From contig CAWAIF010000003.1 of the NCBI GenBank assembly GCA_963782055.1, positions 3,680,001 to 3,744,000 of the forward strand: a stretch of 64,000 nt of DNA, read 5' to 3'. The notes beneath the pieces were generated by a model. The model did not search any database. It saw only the letters and a program-made list of their open reading frames with translations, and had not been told where the DNA came from. Both the position numbers and the translations under genes were made by a program. This document shows, one piece after another, positions 50,675-59,438 of the stretch. Each line of letters opens with the position of its first letter. The first letter of the stretch is position 1. The stretch is from an uncultured delta proteobacterium (GTDB lineage: Bacteria; Myxococcota_A; Polyangia; Polyangiales; Polyangiaceae).

Positions 50675-52189
50675 TCAACCTGGGCGCGACAGGCGCGCGA
50701 CGGCCCACCGCCGGACCGCCCCGAGCGCCTCGCGCTCCTCCGGGCCGAGGCCGAGCACCACCAGCAGCACCACGTAGACCGCTGCCGCCACGCCGACGCC
50801 GGAGAAGAACCTCGCCGCCAGCCCCGCCGGCACGGCGACGAACACCGCCCGACCGGCGAGCAGCCCCCCGCCCGCCGCCGCCACCACCCGCAGCAGGCCC
50901 GCCGACAGGCCGTGCACGCCGGTGAGCTTGTAGGCGAACGCCATCTGTACCCCCTGCGCGATCACGATCCCGCTCGCCGACGCCACCGCCGCCCCCGTCA
51001 GTCCGAGCCTAGGCACCAGCACCGGCAACAGGACGCTCTGCAGCGCCACGCTGGTCAACGCCGCGTACGTCCCGAAGCGCGCGTGCCCGCTCATCGGCAC
51101 CGCATACGCCGCGAGCGACAGCGCGTTGACGGTGTGGCCCACCGCCAGGATCGCCATCGCGGGAGCGCCCTGCGTGAACTCCTTGCCGAAGATGGCGAGC
51201 AGCCCGCTGCCGAAGCCGGCGAAGAGCACGCAGAGCGGCAGCGCGGCGAGCGCCACCCACCGCGTCTGCCGCTGGATGGACCTGTTGAGCTCCGCCACTT
51301 CTCCCCGCGCCAGCGCAGGCGGGATGAGCGCGCACACGACCGGGTCGAACGCGCCGCGGATCTGGCTGATGCTCGCCACGTACAGCCCGCACGCGGCGTA
51401 GGCGCCCATCTCGTCGCTGCCGCGGTAGTGGTCGAGGAAGAAGGCGTCGATGCGCCCCTGCAGCGCCCACACCATGTTGGTGAGCACCAGCGGCACCGCC
51501 AGCCACATGGTCTCGCGGTCGAGCGGGCCGCTCACCACCGCGCGCAGCGTGGGGCCCAGAGGCAGCTCGCGGGAGTAGAAGAAGGCGGCCGCCACGGCGA
51601 CCAGACCCATGCCGCTCGCCACCGCCACGCACGCCGCCGGGACCCCGCCGCCGTTGCGCAGCACCAGCGTCGTCAGCGCCAGCAGCGCGAGCGGCTGCAG
51701 CACCCCGCGCGCCCAGAAGCCCCAGCGCATCACGCCGCGCGCCTGGGTGGCGACGATGAAGACGGTGCTCCCGTGGTAGAAGATGGGCACCAGCGCGAGC
51801 AGCCGGAGCGGCGCGGTGAGCTGCGGCTTGCCCTGGAAGGCCGCCACGTACGGCGCGGCGAAGAAGATCCCCACGCCGACCAGCACGCCGGAGGTGAGCA
51901 CCACCCGCAGCGCCGTGCCGACGGCGGCGACCGTCCGCTCCTTCTCCGCCTCCGCGTGCGCCAGCGCCAGCGCCACCTGCCGCTGGACCGCCTGGTCCAT
52001 ACCGAACAGGGTGATGATGGAGAAGAGGTCGACGAAGGTGTTGGACCAGGTGTAGTCGCCGTACCCGCCGGCGCCGAGGAAGCGCGCGAGCTGGACGTGG
52101 AACGCCGGGAGCGCCGCGTTCGCCACCAGGGTGAGCATGTTGACGCCGATGCCGCGCGCCTCCGTCTTCGCGCTGCTCTTCGCGGTCAC
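50675..52189 (-). CDS. Oligosaccharide flippase (Wzx/MOP family)
   Basis: More than 12 TM helices; LARFLG..YG, RIDAFFL....MGAY, LVPRLGLTGAAVA; GTG overlaps upstream stop. Confidence 0.85.
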   Translation of the reverse strand: MTAKSSAKTEARGIGVNMLTLVANAALPAFHVQLARFLGAGGYGDYTWSNTFVDLFSIITLFGMDQAVQRQVALALAHAEAEKERTVAAVGTALRVVLTSGVLVGVGIFFAAPYVAAFQGKPQLTAPLRLLALVPIFYHGSTVFIVATQARGVMRWGFWARGVLQPLALLALTTLVLRNGGGVPAACVAVASGMGLVAVAAAFFYSRELPLGPTLRAVVSGPLDRETMWLAVPLVLTNMVWALQGRIDAFFLDHYRGSDEMGAYAACGLYVASISQIRGAFDPVVCALIPPALARGEVAELNRSIQRQTRWVALAALPLCVLFAGFGSGLLAIFGKEFTQGAPAMAILAVGHTVNALSLAAYAVPMSGHARFGTYAALTSVALQSVLLPVLVPRLGLTGAAVASASGIVIAQGVQMAFAYKLTGVHGLSAGLLRVVAAAGGGLLAGRAVFVAVPAGLAARFFSGVGVAAAVYVVLLVVLGLGPEEREALGAVRRWAVARLSRPG

Positions 52190-53325
52190 GCCGGCTCCCG
52201 CCCGAGCACGCGCTCGTAGACCGCGCACGTGCGCCGGACCATGCGCGCGACGGTGAAGCGCGCGAGCGCCGTCTCGCGGCCGCGCAGGCCCATGCGCCGC
52301 CGCTCCTCCTCCGGGAGGGCGAAGAAGCGGGCGAGGCTCCCTGCGATCGCGTGCGGACCGGCCCCCTCCATCGCCAGGCCGGTCTCCGCGTCGCACACCA
52401 GATCGTCCACGTTGGCCCCGGGGCTCACGATCGCCGGCGTTCCGCACGCCAGGCTCTCCAGCACCACGTTGGGCAGCCCCTCGAAGATGGAGGGGAGCAC
52501 CATGGCGTCGGCCGCGCCCAGCAGCTCCTCCACCTCCCGCACCACGCCGGCGAAGCGCACGAGATCGCCGGTGCGCGTGAGGGCGATGGCCGCGCGCAGG
52601 TACGTGCCGTAACGGGTGTGGGCCTCCTGCCGCCCGGCGAAGATCACCCGCACGTCCGGCGGGAGCTGCCCGCGCGCACGCAGCAGCGCGAGCGCGGCCA
52701 CCAGCGCGATCTGGTTCTTCTGCGACGAGATGCGGCCGGGCACGACCAGCGTGGTGCCGGTCATCCCGAAGCGCTCGCGCGCGGTCCGGCGCTCCTCCGC
52801 CGACGGGGGCCGGAAGCGGCGCGTGTCCACGCCGTTCTCCACCACGTCGATCCGGTCCGCCCGGACGCGCGCCCGGCGCACCAGCTCCTCGCGGATCCCC
52901 ACCGAGTTGACGATGAGCGCGTCGGTGAGGCGGTGGGTGAGCCGCTCGTGGCGGATCGCCTGCGCGGGCAGGCGCGTGCAGCGCACCGACCCGACGGCCT
53001 TTCCGATGCCGGTCATGCGCACCGCGAGGCGGCCATAGAGGTTCTGGTGCCCGAGGTAGCTGTGGAGCACGTCCGGCCGCACCTGCCGCAGCACGCGGGC
53101 GAGGCGAAGGAGCGTCGCCGGCTCCGGCCCCTGCGGCGATCGCAGGTCGGTGCGGGTGACGAAGGGCAGATCGTAGCCGAGCTGGTCCGCCGGGTTGCAG
53201 ACGGCGAGGTGCGGCTCGTAGCGCGCGAGGTCCAGCCCGGCGACCAGCTCGGCGACCTGACGCTCCGCGCCCCCCTGTTCGAAGGACGAGACGAAGTAGA
53301 GGACCTTGACCCGGCGACCCGGCAC
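52186..53325 (-). CDS. GT4 glycosyltransferase, paralog 2
   Basis: GGAERQV, VENGVD, EGLPNVVLESLA; colinear with 44515-45696. Confidence 0.92.
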   Translation of the reverse strand: MPGRRVKVLYFVSSFEQGGAERQVAELVAGLDLARYEPHLAVCNPADQLGYDLPFVTRTDLRSPQGPEPATLLRLARVLRQVRPDVLHSYLGHQNLYGRLAVRMTGIGKAVGSVRCTRLPAQAIRHERLTHRLTDALIVNSVGIREELVRRARVRADRIDVVENGVDTRRFRPPSAEERRTARERFGMTGTTLVVPGRISSQKNQIALVAALALLRARGQLPPDVRVIFAGRQEAHTRYGTYLRAAIALTRTGDLVRFAGVVREVEELLGAADAMVLPSIFEGLPNVVLESLACGTPAIVSPGANVDDLVCDAETGLAMEGAGPHAIAGSLARFFALPEEERRRMGLRGRETALARFTVARMVRRTCAVYERVLGREPA

Positions 53326-53789
53326 GCCCACCGCGTAGCACAACTTCCCCCCGCACGCGTGCCCGCGACCCGCCCCGGGCTGGGAGGGGACGCGCCCATG
53401 CCCCGCCCACTCGATCGCACGAGGCAGCCCTCCGCGACCTCACGCCCCCGCTCCGGGTGGCGCGTGAAGTGCCTGAAGGCTTCGGCCTCGCGCTCGCGGT
53501 CCCTCCTCACATCCTCCGTCGACTCGGGTGTGCGACGTGCCCGAGTCGGCCCCCGCGCGACGGCGAGGCGCGCGCTCCCCCGACTGCTGGACGCGTCGCG
53601 CTGGTGTGGGAGAGCCGTCCAGAACTGCTCCCGAGGAACCGCTGCGGTTCCCTCCGGGGTGGCGGTCGGGTTTACGGATTCGTCACCAGACGACGATTGA
53701 CGACTATCGCGATCCGATCTGTAGTGGTCTTGTCGGGGGACTGAGCCGCAAGTCGCCTCCGACGTCGACTTCGACGCGAGGAGGACTCG

Positions 53790-55282
53790 ATGGACCACAT
53801 GCCCCCCCCGGACGTACACGCACATACTCTAGCTCTGCTGCCGAGCTCGTTCCGCTCGCGCTCGCACTGACGCTTTCGATGGCGGCTTCGCTCGGGTGCA
53901 GCCCCGCGCCGCTTCCCAGCCCCGGACCGGAGCAGCTCGTCGACAACAACGGGGACGAGACCTCCGCGGGCTTCGCGCCGGCGAGCGTCGGCGAGGCGGC
54001 CGGGATCCCGGTCGCCTTTCCCGCGACGGCCGTGTCCTCGTTCAACGAGTTCAGCGTGCCTACCACCAACGGCGGCTCGCTCTTCGGCTATGCTTGGACG
54101 GTGGACGGCATCAACTGGACGAGCTGCAACGCGGACCAGTCGGGGCCTTGCTTCGTTCCCAAGCACCCGTCGCAGAAGAACTGGCGTGGAGACCCCGCCA
54201 TCGCCGCCGCGCCGCAGGGTGGCGGGATCGTCGTCGCGGCCAACCTGGCCAACACCACCGACGACTCCGGCAACCCGAACATGATCGTAGCGGCGCTCTC
54301 CTTCGACGGGGGGCGCTCCTACGGCAACACCCAGTGGGTGAATGGCGATGGCTGCACGGACGGCGATCAGGACCAGGAAGCCATCGCCTTCGACCCGACC
54401 ACGACCGAGCCGACCGTGTGGATCGCCTGGCGGCACAACGGGGCCGCTGGTCTCTCGGGGACGTACGGGATCTGCGTCCGCGGAGGCACGGTGAACGCTG
54501 CGGCGCACACCATCGACTGGTTCGGCCCGTCGGAGGAGATGCAGAACCTCGACCGCGCGCCCTTCCACGGCGCCGGCGGCCTGCTGATCCAGCCGGCACA
54601 CGACGCCGTGACGGTGATGTACTCGAACACCGACCGTGCGGACACGTCGATCTTTTGCAGCACGCACGACACGCAGGTCAAGTGGTTCACAGGCACGACG
54701 ACCGATGCCGGGGCGAGCTGGTCGTCGAGCCACTTGGTCTACGACACCCAGACCTTCCACTGGTGCACGTCCGGGTTGCACTACCAGAACGGACTGCGGG
54801 CCTTCGGCTTCGTGCGCGACTCCTATGGTGACCTCTGGGCTGCCGTTCACGACAGCCCCGGCACCATCCGCACCTTCACCAGCACGGACGAAGGCACCAC
54901 GTGGATCGCCAACAGGGTGATCTCGGTGATCGGATTCCCCGATCTCCTCTTTCCGACGCTCGCCGCGGGCGCGGGGGGACGAGTGGGCCTCACCTTCTAC
55001 GGCAGCGAATCTGCGGAGCGAACGATGCGGATGTTCTTCACGGCCAAGGGCTACGATCCCGCGCAGCCTCAGCGCTGGAGCTTCCCGCTGGCGTACGGCA
55101 ACGTGTTCCTGGCGTCGGGGCTGCTGAGCCGATCGCTCGGCGATTACCTCGGGATGACCGTCGTGCCGAGCGGCTCCTTTCACTTCGGCGACGACGAGAC
55201 CTTCCTGCCGCTCTACACCGACGGCGGCGGGGCGGGCTTTCAGGTCTCGTCGGCGCTCATCGACATGCCGGGGACGCTGTGA
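53790..55282 (+). CDS. Asp-box (BNR) beta-propeller lipoprotein; likely start 53790 is out of frame across a C8 run
   Basis: Asp-box-like WTVDGINW, SFDGGRSY, TTDAGASW, STDEGTTW; lipobox SLGC; GAGGAGGA RBS before ATG 53790. Confidence 0.65.
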
Positions 55283-55677
55283 TCGCTCCGCGCCGTTGCA
55301 GCGCATTCCTTCTCGCCTGTGCAATCTTCGGGCTGGGCGCCGCCCCGGCCTGCGGGGGCCGAACCGGCGACGGTACGGACGCCGGTGTCGACGGGGCGGC
55401 AGACGCCGGTGCGGAGGCTGGACCCTGCGACCCCAATGTCCCGAGGCTGCCTCAACAACCCTGCACCGCCGACCTCGTCAAGATCTGCCAGGACTGGGCG
55501 GCCCAGGCGGCCGCACCCGCCGGCGCTTACGGCTCCGCGACCTGTGATGTGGACGGCGTCACAGGCCACACGGGCTGTGTGAGCACGTGCAGCGGCGACT
55601 GCCAGAGTCCTGCGGTCTGCGCGAGCGACACGCCCGGCGGCCCCCTGCACTGCGTGACCGCCTGCAAGGGGCTCTGA
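55279..55677 (+). CDS. Small Cys-rich lipoprotein
   Basis: GTGA overlap; APAC-GG; DAGVDGAADAG linker; about 10 Cys after the linker. Confidence 0.7.
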   Translation: MIAPRRCSAFLLACAIFGLGAAPACGGRTGDGTDAGVDGAADAGAEAGPCDPNVPRLPQQPCTADLVKICQDWAAQAAAPAGAYGSATCDVDGVTGHTGCVSTCSGDCQSPAVCASDTPGGPLHCVTACKGL

Positions 55678-55679
55678 GC

Positions 55680-56123
55680 GTGCGGCGCCTTCGTCTACTC
55701 GCCGTGCTCCTCGTGACGGCGTCCGCTGCCTGCGGCGGCGTCGTGGTGGACGACGACGGCGGCGCCAACTCGAACGGAGACGCCGCCCCCACGGGGGATG
55801 GCGCGCCGGACGACGCCGCCGGTGTGCCCCCCTTCCTCGACGCCTCGTGGGACAGCCCCTGCTACACCGTCAGCTACTCCTTCGGGGACGGCAAGTGCTC
55901 CCCGGAGCGCGACGCCATCTGCGAGGCCAAGGCAATGCGTGCCGCCGTCGACGCCTATGCGCACTCGCGATGCCTGAACGGCCTCTGCACCCGCGGGGAC
56001 TACTGCTACGGCAACCCCGTCGTGTGCGCCTGCTCGCCCAAGGTCATCTGCGCGGCGGGGTACGTCTGCTACAGCTTCACGCCCGACGGCGGCGCGCACT
56101 GCAAGGTGGAGTGCACCCCCTGA
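55680..56123 (+). CDS. Small Cys-rich lipoprotein, diverged paralog of 55279-55677
   Basis: SAAC-GG; shared VCxSxTPxGxxHCxxxC C-terminus. Confidence 0.7.
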   Translation: MRRLRLLAVLLVTASAACGGVVVDDDGGANSNGDAAPTGDGAPDDAAGVPPFLDASWDSPCYTVSYSFGDGKCSPERDAICEAKAMRAAVDAYAHSRCLNGLCTRGDYCYGNPVVCACSPKVICAAGYVCYSFTPDGGAHCKVECTP

Positions 56124-56195
56124 CGCGCCCGCCAACGACGCCGTCACCTGTACAGACGCCTTGACAGGTCGCCGCGACGTTGGCGAGATGCGCTC

Positions 56196-56774
56196 GTGCA
56201 AGGGGACGTCCGGGACCTCGCCCGCCGCTGGGAGCGCTCGCTGCGGCGCGCCCTGCCCGCGGTCCGGCGCGAGGCCCTCCGCCTCGAGCGCGGCGCGCTC
56301 CGGAGGCCGGAGCGCTTCCACGATCTCGGCGTCGCGCTGGACGCGTGGCGGCGCTCCGGGCGCTTCCGCCTCCTCGGCTTCCGCTCCTTCACCGCGTACC
56401 TCCGCGCGCGCGGGGGGATGAGCCGCGCGACGGCGTACAAGCTCATGGCGGTGGCGTCGGGCATGGACAGGGCGACGGCGAACGCGCTCGGTCTGGAGCG
56501 CGCCTACGCGGCGACGCGCCTCGGCCCGCGGGGCACCGCCCTCGCCGCCGACAGCTCCGTCCGCGCCCTGCGTGCCCGCGCGACCGCCACGCCGGGCCGC
56601 GCCGCCGGCGCCGCCGCCCGCGCCCTCGCCGCGGCCCTCCGCGCGCCGCTCGGTGACCGCGGGCGCGTCCGCGCCTCGCGCCGCGGCAAGGGGTGGCGGA
56701 TCGCGCTCGAGCTGAACGTCGAGGACGCCCGCACGCTCGCCCGGCTCGTCCGGGCGCCGCGCCGATCGCCTTGA
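56196..56774 (+). CDS. Basic hypothetical protein with HTH-like segment
   Basis: FRLLGFRSFTAYLRARGGMSRATAYKLMAVA; very Arg-rich. Confidence 0.5.
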   Translation: MQGDVRDLARRWERSLRRALPAVRREALRLERGALRRPERFHDLGVALDAWRRSGRFRLLGFRSFTAYLRARGGMSRATAYKLMAVASGMDRATANALGLERAYAATRLGPRGTALAADSSVRALRARATATPGRAAGAAARALAAALRAPLGDRGRVRASRRGKGWRIALELNVEDARTLARLVRAPRRSP

Positions 56775-56823
56775 CGTCCCGTCCCCCGGCCAGGAGGGAA
56801 CGGACACCCGCGCACGTCGCACG

Positions 56824-56995
56824 TTCCCATTCCCTTCCCCTTCCCATTCCCTCCCCCTTCCCCTTCCCCTTCCCCCTTCGCGTTCGCACTGCAGGCGCGT
56901 GGGCGGGCGCGGGCGCGGGCGCGAACGCGGGCGCGGGCGCGAACGCGAGCGCGAGCGCGAGCGCGGGCGCGGGCGAGGGCGAGGGCGGGAGAGGA
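56824..56995. repeat. (TTCCCC)n tract followed by (GGGCGC/GAGCGC/GAGGGC)n tract
   Basis: Read directly. Confidence 0.92.
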
Positions 56996-57000
56996 GGGGG

Positions 57001-57162
57001 CTCGCTCGGGGGGAGGTCATCGTCCCGCCGTGCTCGGAGTCGGCAAGGCCGGGCCGTGCTCGCCGTCCTCGCCGTGCTCGGCCTTGCCGACTCCTGCGCG
57101 CGGCGGGCTCGGGCGTTCGCCCCCCGCGCGAGGGTGCGCGGGCGCATGCAAGGAGTCGAACG
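57001..57162 (+). ncRNA. Conserved structured leader B (shorter inner region)
   Basis: Homologous to leaders A and C; stem 57036-57049/57081-57094. Confidence 0.65.
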
Positions 57163-57487
57163 ATGTTGCGTATCTATCCTGTGTTGCTGGAGCTCGTGCG
57201 GACGCTGGCACCTCTCGTGCGGGAGCTAGAGCGGCATGATCCAGAATCTCGCGCGGCAGTGCCGGCGGGCGCTGGCGAGCGCACCGCTCAACGTGGCGGA
57301 GGGAATGTACTCGCAGGGGCGCAACCGGAGGGCGCGCTACCACAACGCGCTCGGCTCCCTGCGGGAGGTGCTGGCGTGCTTCGAGGTGGCGGCGGCGCTC
57401 GGCTACTTGCCCGGGCTCGAGGACGGGCTGCGGGACCGCGTGGATCACGTGCTCGGCACGCTGGTCCGCCTCGTCGGCGCGCGATGA
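57163..57487 (+). pseudogene. Four-helix-bundle protein copy B with a +1 frameshift near 57245
   Basis: MLRIYPVLLELVRTLAPLVRELERHDP, then LARQCRRALASAPLNVAEG in a shifted frame; 325 nt versus 324 nt for copy A. Confidence 0.85.
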
Positions 57488-57539
57488 GGCGCGCGATCGG
57501 CGACGTCGCCGGAAGATCGGCGACGTCGCCGATGCGCCT

Positions 57540-57652
57540 GGGCGCGAGCGCGTGGGCGGGGGCGGGCGCGAGCGCGGGCGCGGGCGCGGGCGCGTGGGCG
57601 GGCGCGGGCGCGTGGGCGGGCGCGTGGGCGCGTGGGCGAGCGCGAGCGCGTG
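57540..57652. repeat. (GGGCGC/GCGTGG/GAGCGC)n tract between convergent four-helix genes
   Basis: Read directly. Confidence 0.9.
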
Positions 57653-57714
57653 GCCGGAACCGGGCGGGCGCGATGAGACAGGACATCGCGCCCGCCGGGC
57701 CTGCGGCCGGGCCT

Positions 57715-58041
57715 CTAGTGCGCGCCCGCCAGCCGCACCAGCGTTCCCAGCACGTGCCGGAAGCGCGCCTCGAGCGCCGCCTCCAGCTCCGGCATGTAGC
57801 CGAGCGCCGCCGCCACCTCGAAGCACGCCTGCGTCTCGCGCAGCGAGCCCAGCGCGGTGTGGTAGCGCGCCTGCTTGTTGCGCCCCCGCGCGTACGCGCC
57901 CTCCGCGACGTTGAGCGGCACGCTCGCCAGCGCCCGCCGGCACTGCCGCGCGAGATCCGGATCGTGCCGCCCGAGCTCCCGCAACCGCGGCCCGACCTCG
58001 CGCACCAGCTCCAGCACCACGGAATAGATTCGAAGGTTCAT
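57715..58041 (-). CDS. Four-helix-bundle protein, copy C
   Basis: MNLRIYSVVLELV...DPDLARQCRRALASVPLNVAEG...ARYHTALGSLRE; GAGGAG RBS. Confidence 0.88.
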   Translation of the reverse strand: MNLRIYSVVLELVREVGPRLRELGRHDPDLARQCRRALASVPLNVAEGAYARGRNKQARYHTALGSLRETQACFEVAAALGYMPELEAALEARFRHVLGTLVRLAGAH

Positions 58042-58242
58042 CACGCGCTCCTCGGCAACGCCCCGCGCACCGCGCGCGGGGGGCCCAAGCCCACACCCGC
58101 CGCGCGCAGGAGCTGTCGAGGCTGCGCGCGAAGCGCGCACCGCGCGCAGCCGCCCGGAGGGCGCGAAGCGCCCGAGGACGGCGAGCACGGCCCGGCCTCG
58201 ACAGCTCCGAGCACGGCGGGACCATCCCCTCCCCCGAGCGAG
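58042..58242 (-). ncRNA. Conserved structured leader C
   Basis: Homologous to A and B; stem 58109-58122/58195-58208. Confidence 0.65.
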
Positions 58243-58245
58243 AGC

Positions 58246-58460
58246 TCCCTTCCCGTTCCTTCCCCTTCACCTTCCGCGCCAACGGGGGGGATGACGCAAG
58301 CGCGAGGGCGAGCGCGGGCGCGAGGGCGAGCGCGAGCGCGAGGGCGAGCGCGAGCGCGGGCGCGTGTGGGGAGGGCGTCACCATCCCCTTCCCCTTCCCC
58401 TTCGCCCTTCCCTTCCCCCTTCCCCTTCGCCCTTCCCGTTCCCCTTCGCCCTTCCCCCTC
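58246..58460. repeat. Alternating (CCCTTC)-like, (GAGCGC/GAGGGC)n and (CCCTTC)n tracts
   Basis: Read directly. Confidence 0.9.
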
Positions 58461-59438
58461 TCAATAGGCCGACAGACCCAGCTCCAGCGCCAATCCCAGC
58501 GTCTCCACCCCCGCCGTCCCCGCCGTCCCCGCCAGCGGGTGCTCCGGACCGACCTGCACCAGCCACACGCCCAGCACGCGCAGCTCGGCGTCGCTCATCG
58601 CCGCGAAGGGCGCGGGCAGCCGCGGACGCACCGCGCGGACCTCGCTCTCCGGCACCACGTGCGTCGTCGCCGCCCACGCCGTCCGCAGGCCGTGGCGCTC
58701 GCCCAGACCGAGGAGCGCGCCGGCGCGCACGCGGTTGGGCAGGTCCAGGTGCGACGCCATCCTCCGGTAGACGCGCGCGGGGAAGAGCAGGAAGTCCAGC
58801 TCGTTGTCGAAGCGCGTCCCGTGGCAGCGCAGGTCCACCTTGTGGATCGCCACCGCGCCGGGCGCGAGCACCGGGGCCAGGTCGTCGAACAGGGCGTCCA
58901 GATCGTGCACGTGCTCCAGCACGGCGCGGGACAGCACCAGATCGTAGCGCCTGTCCTCCCGCGCCGCGCCGCGCAGGTCCCGCAGCATGCGCGTGGACGA
59001 GAGCAGCTCGCCCACCGAGGCCGGATCGCGTCCCTCCCCCCGCGCCAGCGGCGCGTAGATGGCGCGCTTGTAGGCCTCGTCGCGCGACTCGATGTCGAAG
59101 GCGTCGACGCCGTCCCAGCGCGCCGCGCCGCGCAGGAGCGTCAGCAGGCCCACCGCGCGGGTATCACCGGGCCCCAGCTCCAGCACGCTCCGGCCGCGGT
59201 ACAGCGGCCCGTCGATCCCCGCCGCGCGGGCCACCGCCTCGTAGTCGTCGGCGACCGCGCGGAAGTAGCGCGCCCCCGCCTCCCCGTCGCGCCCCTCCCC
59301 TCGCCCGGTCGCGCCCGCGCGCCGCTTGGTCCAGTCGTGCAGCCGCGGCACCCTGCGTGCCAGCTCGTTCTCCCAGGCGAAGCCGAGGAAGGTGCGCGCC
59401 GCCCAGGCGAGCTTCCGCGAGGACCCGAGCGCGCTCAT
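58461..59438 (-). CDS. Class I SAM-dependent methyltransferase
   Basis: VLELGPGD, YDLVLSRAVLEHV, LAPG..AIHKVDLR.H. Confidence 0.85.
   Translation of the reverse strand: MSALGSSRKLAWAARTFLGFAWENELARRVPRLHDWTKRRAGATGRGEGRDGEAGARYFRAVADDYEAVARAAGIDGPLYRGRSVLELGPGDTRAVGLLTLLRGAARWDGVDAFDIESRDEAYKRAIYAPLARGEGRDPASVGELLSSTRMLRDLRGAAREDRRYDLVLSRAVLEHVHDLDALFDDLAPVLAPGAVAIHKVDLRCHGTRFDNELDFLLFPARVYRRMASHLDLPNRVRAGALLGLGERHGLRTAWAATTHVVPESEVRAVRPRLPAPFAAMSDAELRVLGVWLVQVGPEHPLAGTAGTAGVETLGLALELGLSAY

Noticed and set aside
53500..53780. Short hairpins upstream of the Asp-box gene (e.g. GGAACCGC-T-GCGGTTCC at 53635-53651)
   Set aside because: Short GC-rich stems with no second copy or covariation support; may be chance.
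56161..56190. TTGACA as a sigma70 promoter
   Set aside because: No convincing -10 element at 16-18 bp spacing.
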